From Bacteroidota bacterium (GTDB lineage Bacteria > Bacteroidota > Bacteroidia > Cytophagales > Cyclobacteriaceae), in the NCBI GenBank assembly GCA_947470895.1, contig CANIVF010000018.1, forward strand, positions 2,409 to 66,408: a stretch of 64,000 bases of DNA. Direction: 5' to 3'. The translations under genes and the position numbers were made by a program. The notes beneath the pieces are model-generated. The model was given only the letters and a program-made list of their open reading frames with translations, did not search any database and was not told the DNA's origin. Each line of letters begins with the position of its first letter. Positions within the stretch are counted from its first letter, which is position 1. This document shows positions 32,819 to 42,630 of this stretch, piece after piece.

Positions 32819-33865
32819 ATGGTAGATACAATCGCCAAAAGAGATATTCGAAAACTTAAGCTGGAGGAACTCAAGGATTTTTTTGTTCAGCAGGGCGAAA
32901 AAGCTTTTCGTGCTCAGCAGGTGTATGAATGGCTCTGGATGAAATCGGCCAAAAGCTTCGAGCAGATGACTAATATCTCGCTCGATACCCGCGAGGTGCT
33001 GAGCCAGCACTTTGTAATCAACCACATTAAGGTTGACAAAATGCAACGAAGCTCCGATGGCACCATTAAGAATGCTGTTACGCTTCATGATGGACTTATT
33101 GTAGAATCGGTGTTGATCCCAGCTGAAAAAAGAATCACTGCGTGCGTATCCTCACAGGTGGGCTGTAGCCTGGCGTGCAAGTTTTGCGCTACCGCGCGAT
33201 TGAAGCGCCAACGCAACCTGAGTGTGGATGAAATCTATGATCAGGTGGTAGCTATTAAAGAACAAGCAGAATTATTTTACGGAAGGCCGTTGACTAATAT
33301 CGTTTTCATGGGCATGGGCGAGCCTCTGCTCAATTATGCCAACGTGCTTAGCGCCATTGAAAAGATTACCGCTCAAAAAGGACTCAACATGGCCTCAAGA
33401 CGCATTACGGTTTCTACGGTGGGCGTTGCGAAAATGATTAAGAAAATGGCTGACGATGAAGTGAAATTTAATCTGGCTGTATCGCTTCACTCTGCTTTGA
33501 ATGAAACACGTTCGTCCATCATGCCCATTAACGATACCAATCCATTGGAAGAACTAGCCGATGCACTTCGCTATTGGTATCAAAAGACCAAAAGTAAAGT
33601 GACGTATGAGTACGTGGTGTGGAAGGGAATAAACGACACCGAAGAACACGCCAAAGCTTTATTGAAATTTGCTAAAGTGGTGCCATCGAAAGTGAACCTG
33701 ATCGAATACAATCCGATCGATGATGGAGAATTTCAGCAAGCGTCAGACGAAGCATTGAACATGTACATGGATATTCTGGAGAAAAGTGGAATTACCACAC
33801 GCATACGAAAAAGCAGAGGAAAAGACATTGATGCAGCCTGCGGTCAATTAGCAAATAAATCTTGA
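32819..33865 (+). CDS. rlmN: 23S rRNA/tRNA (adenine-C2)-methyltransferase, radical SAM
   Basis: 348 aa with the CxxxCxxC cluster (GCSLACKFCAT), MGMGEPL and the C-terminal DIDAACGQL motif. Confidence 0.95.
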   Translation: MVDTIAKRDIRKLKLEELKDFFVQQGEKAFRAQQVYEWLWMKSAKSFEQMTNISLDTREVLSQHFVINHIKVDKMQRSSDGTIKNAVTLHDGLIVESVLIPAEKRITACVSSQVGCSLACKFCATARLKRQRNLSVDEIYDQVVAIKEQAELFYGRPLTNIVFMGMGEPLLNYANVLSAIEKITAQKGLNMASRRITVSTVGVAKMIKKMADDEVKFNLAVSLHSALNETRSSIMPINDTNPLEELADALRYWYQKTKSKVTYEYVVWKGINDTEEHAKALLKFAKVVPSKVNLIEYNPIDDGEFQQASDEALNMYMDILEKSGITTRIRKSRGKDIDAACGQLANKS

Positions 33866-33884
33866 TTGAAATCAATCTAAAATC

Positions 33885-34562
33885 ATGGAAGAACATTTTC
33901 AGAGTTCGGAAAAAGTAAGAGACTTTGTGATCGGCATGAGCGATGGACTCACCGTGCCCTTTGCATTGGCTGCCGGACTCAGTGGTGCAGTAGACTCGAC
34001 TGCTATTGTTATCACCGCAGGCCTCGCAGAAATTGCTGCGGGTTCCATTGCCATGGGACTTGGCGGCTATCTGGCTGGCAGAACAGAAATTGAACATTAT
34101 GATTCGGAAGAGCGCAGAGAATACGAGGAAGTTGAGCACAAGCACGAAGTTGAAATACAAGAAACCAAAGAAATTTTTGCGGAATATGGTGTGAGCGAAG
34201 AACTTCAGGAAAGAATTGCCCGTGAAATGTCAAAGAACCCCAGGAAGTGGGTCGACTTTATGATGCGTTTTGAACTAGGCCTTGAACGGCCTCACAAAAA
34301 CAGAGCACATCAAAGTGCACTGATCATCGGTATATCGTACATCATTGGAGGTTTGATTCCACTTACCGCCTACTTCTTTACAGATTCATCGGAGACGGGA
34401 TTAATTTATTCAACCATCATCACCGTGATCTGTCTGATCATATTTGGACTAGTAAAAAGTAAACTCACCGGCCAGCCCCTTTTGAAAGGAGCCATGAGAG
34501 TAACACTAATTGGAGTGGCTGCTGCTGCTGCCGCTTTTGGAATTGCTAAGATGATTGTATAA
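33885..34562 (+). CDS. VIT1/CCC1-family iron/manganese transporter
   Basis: 225 aa (GMSDGLTVPFALAAGLSGA) with an acidic cytoplasmic helix (EERREYEEVEHKHEVE) and C-terminal TM segments. Confidence 0.85.
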   Translation: MEEHFQSSEKVRDFVIGMSDGLTVPFALAAGLSGAVDSTAIVITAGLAEIAAGSIAMGLGGYLAGRTEIEHYDSEERREYEEVEHKHEVEIQETKEIFAEYGVSEELQERIAREMSKNPRKWVDFMMRFELGLERPHKNRAHQSALIIGISYIIGGLIPLTAYFFTDSSETGLIYSTIITVICLIIFGLVKSKLTGQPLLKGAMRVTLIGVAAAAAAFGIAKMIV

Positions 34563-34564
34563 AA

Positions 34565-35461
34565 CTATTTCTTACTTGCATTAAATAGTTTCTCCTTTTC
34601 CTCTTTAGAAAGGCTTTCGTAACCGCGATCGGAAATCTTATCCAGGATAGCATCAATCTCATCTTGCGATGCTCTGCTTGGCCCAGATGTAGCTTTGGTG
34701 GATTTAGCCTTGGGCTCCGCGCTGCGATAAGTCACTTTTACTTTAGATCGGGTTGTAAACAATCCTCTTATCCAATCTAAAGTAATGGTAATCCAACCAC
34801 CCCAACTAACTCCTACTTGTAATTGCTTTATGTAAATAAAACCAATTAATGCTCCACCTAAGTGAGCAATGTTGCCTCCTGCATTTGTACTGGTTGTACC
34901 GATAAAAGAAAGCACAATGAAAAATAAAGCAATGTATTTTATTCTTACCGCTCCTAAGAATAATAAGAAGAACGTGTAATCGGGTAATAATGTGGCTACC
35001 GCAACCATTACCGCATATACTCCAGCTGAAGCACCAACCATTCCGGGGAACCCGGATTGATCCACAAAATATGGAATGGTATTAAATATCAACAAATAGA
35101 TAATGGCACCTGCCAACACGCCAAGTATGTAAGTAGCTACAAGTTTATCACTTCCTAAGTACTCAATAAATAGCTTTCCAAACCAATACAAGGATAGCAT
35201 GTTGAAAAGAATATGAAAAATATCCTTCAGGCTATGGGAAAATCCATAGGTAATGATCGTCCACGGCCTCGTAATAAATTCACCAAACTTTGGAGGGATT
35301 GAAAATTGATTTTGGATTAAAGTGAAAACATTATCAAAACCACTAATCGTAGAAAACACATAGGGCACCGCCAAGACTAAGAACACTACCACGTTGATAA
35401 CTATCAACTGAAAATGACCGTTGTTGGGTTTTTGAAATGCGTTTTTGAATTCTTGTAACAC
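34565..35461 (-). CDS. Rhomboid-family intramembrane serine protease (long form)
   Basis: 298 aa with rhomboid motifs (HILFNM, GASAGVYAV, AHLGGALIG). It has a GTG start. Confidence 0.88.
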   Translation of the reverse strand: MLQEFKNAFQKPNNGHFQLIVINVVVFLVLAVPYVFSTISGFDNVFTLIQNQFSIPPKFGEFITRPWTIITYGFSHSLKDIFHILFNMLSLYWFGKLFIEYLGSDKLVATYILGVLAGAIIYLLIFNTIPYFVDQSGFPGMVGASAGVYAVMVAVATLLPDYTFFLLFLGAVRIKYIALFFIVLSFIGTTSTNAGGNIAHLGGALIGFIYIKQLQVGVSWGGWITITLDWIRGLFTTRSKVKVTYRSAEPKAKSTKATSGPSRASQDEIDAILDKISDRGYESLSKEEKEKLFNASKK

Positions 35462-35513
35462 GAGTTTTTTATCTAAATCAATTCTTCAAGTTAACAGAAT
35501 TATGCCACAAAAG

Positions 35514-36107
35514 TTACCAACCGCGGTCTTTACCCTGGCTTCTCCAAATGGAAATAATGATAAAGGCAACGAAAGCGCCTCCAAAGTGTGCAAGGTGGGC
35601 AACCGTACCACTACGATCCAATGCATAGGTGATGAATCCCATAATAAACACCATGTATTTGGCTTTGATTGGTATCGGTGGGAAAAGTAACATGATCTCT
35701 AAGTTTGGAAACACCATACCAAACGCCATCAATATGCCATACAACGCACCTGAGGCTCCTAGCATGATTCCTCCATCGGTAGTGCCCAACAATAGATTAA
35801 CTACTGCATAGATAACCCCAGCGCCTATGCCGGTTGCCAGATAAAAAGTCAAAAACTTCTTATCACCCCAATAACTTTCAAGTACTGGCGCGAATGAAGC
35901 AAAGGCTAACATGTTGAAAAAGATATGCGTTAAACTTCCATGGGCAAACATGTAGGTAAAAAACTGGTAAGGTTTAAAGTACGGAGAATTAACACTCCAA
36001 AGAGATAAATACTCTGTTATATTCAAATTGCTTAGCAAATTCTGGGCAAGAAATACAACTACGTTGATGATGATCAGATTCCTGACCAGGGGGGTAAGTC
36101 TAAACAT
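35514..36107 (-). CDS. Rhomboid-family intramembrane serine protease (short form)
   Basis: 197 aa (HIFFNM, GASGALYGI, AHFGGAFV). Confidence 0.88.
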   Translation of the reverse strand: MFRLTPLVRNLIIINVVVFLAQNLLSNLNITEYLSLWSVNSPYFKPYQFFTYMFAHGSLTHIFFNMLAFASFAPVLESYWGDKKFLTFYLATGIGAGVIYAVVNLLLGTTDGGIMLGASGALYGILMAFGMVFPNLEIMLLFPPIPIKAKYMVFIMGFITYALDRSGTVAHLAHFGGAFVAFIIISIWRSQGKDRGW

Positions 36108-36116
36108 GCGATCAAT

Positions 36117-37916
36117 TTAACGGGTAAAGTAACGTTCTATCTTAGACGTTTCAAAAGTAAAAAATGTTGGGCGGCCATCCGGAGAAAAATTTGGTTTTGA
36201 ACACGCGAACAGGCCTTCAACAATAGCTTCGATCTCTTCCATGGCTATTTTTTGACCCGATTTCACCGAAATTCTTCTAGCCAAAGCCATCGCCAAATTA
36301 TCGCGAAGAGGTAATTCCAATTCGGATTGATTTTTTTTAAACTGTTCAATCAGGCCTTCAAACAACTCCTTTTCATTAGAACCACAGCCTACGGGTACGC
36401 CTGAAACCAATAACGCACTTTTTCCAAATACCTCAAAACGAAAACCCAAAGCAACCAACTCATTTTCAATTTCCATCACCAACGCAAAATCGGCCGGACT
36501 AAATGAAATAGTTTGAGGAAATAAACACTGCTGACTGTTGCCCGCACTTGCTTTCAACCGCGCCACATACTTTTCGAAAAGCACACGCTCGTGGGCTGCC
36601 TGCTGATCAATAATCATCAATCCTGATTTGGCAGATCGAACAATATACCGGTTTTGAAATTGGAATACCCCACCGATATCAGGCTTCTCTTCCATTCCAT
36701 CTTGACTGTTAATCGAACTTTCAAAACGAATCGTATTGGTTGGATCTGTCTTTTGAAAAAGTTTGGATTCGGAAGGAACATTATCGAATACTTTTTCCCA
36801 ATTCTGAAGGTTGGAGCGATTTAATGAAGAAGTAAACTGCTCGTTAAAATACTGCTCGTTGCTAATATTCTGGCTGAGCTTGTTCACAATATTTATATCA
36901 GCATCAAAATCGATAGCGGGTGCGAGGTTATGAGTACCCAAAGCGAGTTTCACCGAAGCTTTCACCACAGCATACACCGCGCGCTCATCGTCAAACTTAA
37001 TTTCGGTTTTGGTCGGATGCACATTCACATCAATGTGCTTCGGATCGATATCAATGAAGAGCACATAAAACGGAAAGCTATTATCCACCAGCAACCCTTC
37101 AAAGGCAGTTGTCACTGCGTGATTTAGGTAGTTACTTTTTATATACCGTTGGTTTACAAAAATGAATTGTTCACCACGAGTTTTGCGGGCCGACTCTGGC
37201 CTGCCGATATATCCTGTCACTTTTACTAAATCGGTTTCTTCCTGGCATGACGCCAACTGGCCTTGAAACGATTTTCCGAAAAGGGCTACAATGCGTTGAC
37301 TTAATTTTGATGGTGCTAAATCATAAATCAAATCATCACTATGATAAAGCGCAAAGGCAACTTCCGGATGAGCTAAAGCGAGTCGCTGAAACTCCTCAAT
37401 GATATGCCTCATTTCCACCGGGTTTGCTTTCAAAAAATTTCTCCTTGCGGGAATATTGAAAAACAAATTTTTGATAGTTATGCTGGTGCCCTTTTCGCAA
37501 GCAACAGGACCTTGACTCTTTATTTCAGAAGCCTCTACCAAAATCTGTGTGCCTAAATCCTGAGTGGCCTGCCTGGTTTTCAATTCAAACTGCGAAACCG
37601 CGGCAATCGAAGCCAATGCTTCGCCACGAAAACCCATGGTGCGTAATCGAAAAAGATCATCGGCTGTTCGAATCTTGGAGGTAGCATGACGCTCGAGGCT
37701 CATGCGGGCATCCGTTTCACTCATGCCCATGCCATTATCAATCACCTGAAGGAGCGACTTGCCCGCTTCTTTTATTATTAATTTGATCGATGTGGCCCCC
37801 GCATCCAGCGAGTTTTCCATTAATTCTTTAACAGCCGATGCAGGCCGTTGAACAACCTCACCTGCAGCAATCTGGTTGGCAATCGAATCAGGAAGTAGTC
37901 GAATAATATCAGGCAT
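36117..37916 (-). CDS. mutL: DNA mismatch repair protein MutL
   Basis: 599 aa with a GHKL ATPase N-terminus (IAAGEVVQRPASAVKELMENSLDA, DNGMGM, GFRGEAL). Confidence 0.96.
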   Translation of the reverse strand: MPDIIRLLPDSIANQIAAGEVVQRPASAVKELMENSLDAGATSIKLIIKEAGKSLLQVIDNGMGMSETDARMSLERHATSKIRTADDLFRLRTMGFRGEALASIAAVSQFELKTRQATQDLGTQILVEASEIKSQGPVACEKGTSITIKNLFFNIPARRNFLKANPVEMRHIIEEFQRLALAHPEVAFALYHSDDLIYDLAPSKLSQRIVALFGKSFQGQLASCQEETDLVKVTGYIGRPESARKTRGEQFIFVNQRYIKSNYLNHAVTTAFEGLLVDNSFPFYVLFIDIDPKHIDVNVHPTKTEIKFDDERAVYAVVKASVKLALGTHNLAPAIDFDADINIVNKLSQNISNEQYFNEQFTSSLNRSNLQNWEKVFDNVPSESKLFQKTDPTNTIRFESSINSQDGMEEKPDIGGVFQFQNRYIVRSAKSGLMIIDQQAAHERVLFEKYVARLKASAGNSQQCLFPQTISFSPADFALVMEIENELVALGFRFEVFGKSALLVSGVPVGCGSNEKELFEGLIEQFKKNQSELELPLRDNLAMALARRISVKSGQKIAMEEIEAIVEGLFACSKPNFSPDGRPTFFTFETSKIERYFTR

Positions 37917-37934
37917 GAAAAAATTGCAGTTCCG

Positions 37935-38312
37935 CTATTTGCTCTTGAATTTGAGATAAAGATAAAAAGGCACAAATAAGAACAGCGAATAAAGTGCAGG
38001 CTTTCCAAACTCAAGAAATGCAACCAGTAAACCCGTGATGAAAAGGAGAATGCCGAGACGAAGCATAACCGCACTGGTTCCGGCACTTCCCGGATTACTT
38101 CTTTTTCGTGCAGCCTGAAATGAACCTGATATACGCCCTTTATAGCCATTTATATCATCAGCATTTGCCGTTGTGCCCTTTTCACGCGCTAACTCTAATT
38201 TGATCCGACTCTGACGTTGTTCCAACTCTTCTTTTACAGGATCGTAGAAACGAGGTGAGTAGTTAAACTTTTGATATTTTGGCGCTTTTGTGAATACCGA
38301 TAAAAACTTCAT
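37935..38312 (-). CDS. Small membrane protein of unknown function
   Basis: 125 aa with a charged N-terminal half and two C-terminal TM segments. Lies 18 nt upstream of mutL on the same strand. Confidence 0.5.
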   Translation of the reverse strand: MKFLSVFTKAPKYQKFNYSPRFYDPVKEELEQRQSRIKLELAREKGTTANADDINGYKGRISGSFQAARKRSNPGSAGTSAVMLRLGILLFITGLLVAFLEFGKPALYSLFLFVPFYLYLKFKSK

Positions 38313-38428
38313 GACGTTTATTTAATTATAAATGACTCGTAGTTTTGCATTATTACTTCTCACCTTCAACCCGTTGTCGTTGTGAGAGAAAATTTAGAGT
38401 GGTAAAATTACAAAAATCGAACGGCCTG

Positions 38429-41296
38429 ATGGGTAAAAAAGTTTTCATAACCATTTCCTTTTCTTTCCTTTTCTTAACGAGCATTGCCCAAGACCTTAAA
38501 ACCCAGTGGGTAGACAGTGTTTTTCAAACACTGAATACCTCAAAAAAGATTGGTCAGCTCTTTATGATATCTGCCTCTGCTTATTCATCTCCTGAAGCGT
38601 TGAATAAGTTGAATAGCCTCGTGAACAAATTCCAACCTGGTTCTATCCTTATAACGCGAGGAGGTCCGCGGAGTCACGCTGAGCTAATAAATAAACTCCA
38701 ATCCAATTCTAAGATACCCATTTTGGTTGGGATGCATGCCGAGTGGGGATTAGGACAATCCCTTGACAGCGTCATACAATTTCAAAAAGCCATGCAGTTA
38801 GCGGCTCTCCGCGATGACACACTAATTTACCGATTGGGCAAAGAAGTAGCACGCGAGATGAAACTCCTTGGAATTCATATCAACTTTGCGCCCAATGCAG
38901 ACATTGATATTACTAAGCAATCTTATCCTCAGGCGTTGCGATACTTCAGCGATTCTAAAGAGCGGGTTGCTTCAAAGGCTGTTGCCTATATGCAAGGATT
39001 GCAACACGGAGGTGCATTGGCCTGCGCAATCCATCCGGCCAGTTTGCAAAAGATTAATAATCTGGATTCATCATTCCTGATTTCTATACCTCCTTTAGAC
39101 ACCGTTGGGCTCTATCCTTATCGCCAATTAGTCAATGCCGGCTTGCAAGGACTTCTCACTTCGCATCTTCATCTTTATCCTCACACCAATCCAACGCCAA
39201 ATTCATCTACCCAAATTTTCATCAGCGAAATTCTTACCCAGAATCTGGGCTTTAAAGGATTAAACTTTACTGACATTGCAAATCTTCAAAAGACCACCGG
39301 CAAACAAAAAGCAGGAGTTATTGAACGCCTGGCGCTTGAAGTAGGCAATGACATTTTAATTAATCCGGATAATATTTCAGCTTCACTAAAAGTGATTTCG
39401 AAGGGTGTAAAAAAAAATAAACTTCTCAAGGTCCGACTAGATGAAGCCGTAAGAAAAATTTTAGCTGCTAAATACGATGCTGGCCTTTCCAATTGGAAAA
39501 AAGTATCAACAGATAATCTAATGTCACGCTTAAACTCGCCACAAGCCAAACTTTTAAGACATCAGATTTCTGAAGCATCCATAACGTTGGTTACCAATAA
39601 GAACAATGAAGTGCCCGTGCAGTGGATAGAAAACAAGAAATTTCTTTCTTTAAGCATAGGTCGTGAAGAGCAAAACGAATTTACGCGTTACTTATCCAAG
39701 TATGCTTCATTCGAGCATTTATCCGTCCGGTTTGTCCGCGACACAACGCTATTAAGAGCAAAATTGAAAGCTGCAGATGTTGTTGTCGTTGGCCTTTTTC
39801 CTTTGTCTTCTTCTATGATCAAAGACATTGGTCCATTTATTCAATCACTGGCGAAAACAAAAGAAGTAATCATCGGGCATTTTGGTAATCCTGCCGAACT
39901 CAAATACCTGGAAGGAGTTCCAAATTTATTGGTGGGATACACGGATCAAAACGATGTGCCTAAGATTACTGCACAAGTTATTTTTGGAGCTATCGGCTCG
40001 CAAGGACAATTGCCATTCACCATTTCTAATTTTAAAGAAGGACTTGGTATTCCAAGCGAAACTACTGATCGATTATCGTATTCATTACCTGAGGCCGCTG
40101 GGATTGACAGCAAGACCTTATCAAAAATTGAAGCCATAGCCCGTGAAGCCATTGAGATTGGAGCCACACCGGGAAGTCACGTATTAGTGGCCAAAGATGG
40201 AAAAGTGGTATTTGAACAATCGAACGGTTATCTCACCTATGAAAATAAAATACCAGTTTCAGATAAGACTATTTATGACTTAGCCTCGGTAACAAAAGTA
40301 TCGGCTACGCTACAAACGGTCATGTTCATGCAGGAGAAGGGGCTTATTGATGTCAACAAAAAGATCTCCGTGTACCTGCCCGAATTGAAGAATTCAAATA
40401 AAAAAGATTTTACAATCAAAGATATTCTTACTCACCAGGCCGGGCTTTGGCCCTTCTTGCCCTTCTGGTCGCAAACGGTAAAAGATGGAGTACAACTTCC
40501 TCAATATTATAGCACTTCAAGTAGTGACGATTATCCTTTTCCAGTTGCCGAAAATATTTTTGCCCATAAGTCTATGAAGGATAGTTTGTGGAATTGGATT
40601 ATCAAGGCTAAGGTTCGGGAAAAACCTCCCCGCAATGCGTATAATTATACCTATAGCGATATGGGTTTTTATATACTTCAACACCTGGCTGAAAAAATTC
40701 TTAACCAGCCGATGGACAAATTTCTCGAACAGAATCTTTACGAACCATTGGGTGCCTATGCATTAGGGTATTTACCACTTCGCAAATTTCCTGATACCCA
40801 AATCGCTCCTACCGAAAATGACATGCTGTTCAGAAAGGAATTATTAACAGGCTATGTACACGATCAGGGCGCAGCCATGCATGGTGGCATTGCCGGCCAT
40901 GCCGGATTGTTCGGCACTGCCAATGATCTGGCCAAACTTGGTCAAATGTTATTGCAAAAAGGTAGCTACGGAGGTCAACATTATTACAAACCTGAAACGG
41001 TCGAACTGTTTACTAAAAAACAATATGTGCCCAGCAGACGTGGCCTTGGTTGGGATAAACCCACTCCCAGTGAATGGAATGGCCCCACCACGCTTTTAGC
41101 CTCCAATAGAACTTTTGGTCACACGGGATTCACGGGCACTTGCATTTGGATTGACCCAGAATTTAACCTCGTATTTATTTATTTATCGAATAGAGTTCAC
41201 CCGGATATGACAAACAATAGACTATTAAATTCCAATATTCGTCCACGTATTCAGGAGATTATCTATAAGGCCATCTTTGATTACCAGCAATACTAA
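38429..41296 (+). CDS. Exported fusion protein: GH3 (NagZ-like) N-terminal domain + beta-lactamase-fold serine hydrolase
   Basis: The start was moved to the ATG giving MGKKVFITISFSFLFLTSIAQ (a signal peptide). GH3 motifs are KIGQLFM, GIHINFAPNADI and GFKGLNFTD. C-terminal motifs are SxxK (ASVTKV), YSD and HTG (GHTGFTGT). Confidence 0.85.
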   Translation: MGKKVFITISFSFLFLTSIAQDLKTQWVDSVFQTLNTSKKIGQLFMISASAYSSPEALNKLNSLVNKFQPGSILITRGGPRSHAELINKLQSNSKIPILVGMHAEWGLGQSLDSVIQFQKAMQLAALRDDTLIYRLGKEVAREMKLLGIHINFAPNADIDITKQSYPQALRYFSDSKERVASKAVAYMQGLQHGGALACAIHPASLQKINNLDSSFLISIPPLDTVGLYPYRQLVNAGLQGLLTSHLHLYPHTNPTPNSSTQIFISEILTQNLGFKGLNFTDIANLQKTTGKQKAGVIERLALEVGNDILINPDNISASLKVISKGVKKNKLLKVRLDEAVRKILAAKYDAGLSNWKKVSTDNLMSRLNSPQAKLLRHQISEASITLVTNKNNEVPVQWIENKKFLSLSIGREEQNEFTRYLSKYASFEHLSVRFVRDTTLLRAKLKAADVVVVGLFPLSSSMIKDIGPFIQSLAKTKEVIIGHFGNPAELKYLEGVPNLLVGYTDQNDVPKITAQVIFGAIGSQGQLPFTISNFKEGLGIPSETTDRLSYSLPEAAGIDSKTLSKIEAIAREAIEIGATPGSHVLVAKDGKVVFEQSNGYLTYENKIPVSDKTIYDLASVTKVSATLQTVMFMQEKGLIDVNKKISVYLPELKNSNKKDFTIKDILTHQAGLWPFLPFWSQTVKDGVQLPQYYSTSSSDDYPFPVAENIFAHKSMKDSLWNWIIKAKVREKPPRNAYNYTYSDMGFYILQHLAEKILNQPMDKFLEQNLYEPLGAYALGYLPLRKFPDTQIAPTENDMLFRKELLTGYVHDQGAAMHGGIAGHAGLFGTANDLAKLGQMLLQKGSYGGQHYYKPETVELFTKKQYVPSRRGLGWDKPTPSEWNGPTTLLASNRTFGHTGFTGTCIWIDPEFNLVFIYLSNRVHPDMTNNRLLNSNIRPRIQEIIYKAIFDYQQY

Positions 41297-41400
41297 TATT
41301 TTGGGGCATGGATGGCTTATTAAGGCAGGAATCCGAAACCAAACCGATAAAAAACCGGTTAATAACAAAGTCTTCAAAAAATGAACTTTAAGACATAATA

Positions 41401-42564
41401 ATGAAACTCATGAAAATCGGAATAGTATGTTATCCAACTTTTGGTGGCAGCGGGGTGGTAGCTACTGAATTAGGAAAGGCGCTGGCCAAGGAAGGTCATG
41501 AGGTTCACTTCATTACATACAGTCAACCGAGCAGGCTGGACTTTCTAAACGAGAATCTGTTTTATCACGAAGTTGGAGTTCGCTCTTATCCGCTATTTGA
41601 ATATCCACCTTACGAGTTGGCATTGGCTAGTAAAATGGTGAGTGTGGTAAAGAATGAAAAATTGGATTTACTCCACGTGCATTATGCGATTCCGCACGCC
41701 TCTGCTGCTTACATGGCCAAGCAAATTTTAAAGACCCATGGCATTTATATTCCGGTTGTTACTACACTTCACGGAACAGACATAACATTAGTTGGAAAAG
41801 ATGCTTCGTACGAACCCGTGGTAACATTCAGCATCAACGAATCGGATGGCGTTACTTCCGTGTCTGAAGATTTAAAGAAAGAAACCTATCATTCATTTAA
41901 AATCACCCGCGACATTGAAGTGATTCCAAACTTCATTGACCTTGAAAAATTTAAGAAGCAAAAGAAGGATCACTTTAAAAAAGCCATTTGCCCGCATGGC
42001 GAATCACTGATCGTGCACACTTCCAATTTCAGAAAAGTAAAACGGGTGGGCGATGTTGTTAAAGTGTTTAATAACATCCATAAAGAAATTCCATCCAAGT
42101 TATTGCTGATCGGAGATGGCCCCGAACGCTCGGTGGCAGAAACCATGGCACGCGATTTGGCCATTGGCGATGCCGTGCGTTTTTTAGGCAAACTGGAAGC
42201 CGTAGAAGAAGTGTTGTCAGTAGCAGACCTTTTCTTAATGCCTTCAGAGAAAGAAAGTTTCGGATTGGCAGCTTTGGAGGCCATGGCTTGTGAGGTACCT
42301 GTAATTTCGAGTAACACGGGTGGCTTACCTGAATTGCAGCTACAAGGAGTAACCGGATTTATGAGCAACGTTGGAGATGTAGAAGATATGACCCGAAATG
42401 CACTATTTGTTCTGGATAAAAACAATTTACCCAAATTCAAAGAAAGTGCATTGGCCCGTGCCAAAGAATTTGACATCAGCAACATATTACCTTTGTACGA
42501 GCGTTATTACGAAAAAATATTAGAAAAAGCCGCTAAACATCGCCCTGTCGGTTCCTTAACTTAA
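41401..42564 (+). CDS. bshA: N-acetyl-alpha-D-glucosaminyl L-malate synthase (bacillithiol biosynthesis, GT4)
   Basis: 387 aa (MKIGIVCYPTFGGSGVVATELGKALAKEGHEVHFI, E-x7-E region SEKESFGLAALEAMA). The start may be the ATG at 41410. Confidence 0.88.
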   Translation: MKLMKIGIVCYPTFGGSGVVATELGKALAKEGHEVHFITYSQPSRLDFLNENLFYHEVGVRSYPLFEYPPYELALASKMVSVVKNEKLDLLHVHYAIPHASAAYMAKQILKTHGIYIPVVTTLHGTDITLVGKDASYEPVVTFSINESDGVTSVSEDLKKETYHSFKITRDIEVIPNFIDLEKFKKQKKDHFKKAICPHGESLIVHTSNFRKVKRVGDVVKVFNNIHKEIPSKLLLIGDGPERSVAETMARDLAIGDAVRFLGKLEAVEEVLSVADLFLMPSEKESFGLAALEAMACEVPVISSNTGGLPELQLQGVTGFMSNVGDVEDMTRNALFVLDKNNLPKFKESALARAKEFDISNILPLYERYYEKILEKAAKHRPVGSLT

Positions 42565-42630
42565 GAAGGTGCTGTAAGGCCTTAATAGTTATTAATCAAA
42601 CTAATTTTTTTAGGATTAAATTTTTTTGTT

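Noticed and set aside
32738-33088. 116-aa minus-strand ORF overlapping the rlmN start
   Set aside because: It overlaps the strongly supported rlmN CDS and the promoter region, and has no recognisable features.
38345-38428. TTG-initiated 28-codon extension of the GH3/beta-lactamase fusion
   Set aside because: The ATG at 38429 yields a proper signal peptide. The extension overlaps a TAGTTTTG promoter-like box.
41970-42485. 171-aa antisense ORF inside bshA
   Set aside because: It lies opposite a confidently identified gene. Its low-complexity Ser/Thr/Ala composition and lack of motifs point to a shadow ORF. The same applies to 57636-58085 (opposite the MBL hydrolase), 4807-5166, 12036-12413, 13032-13373, 30970-31287 and the many 60-100-aa ORFs opposite the ribosomal protein genes.
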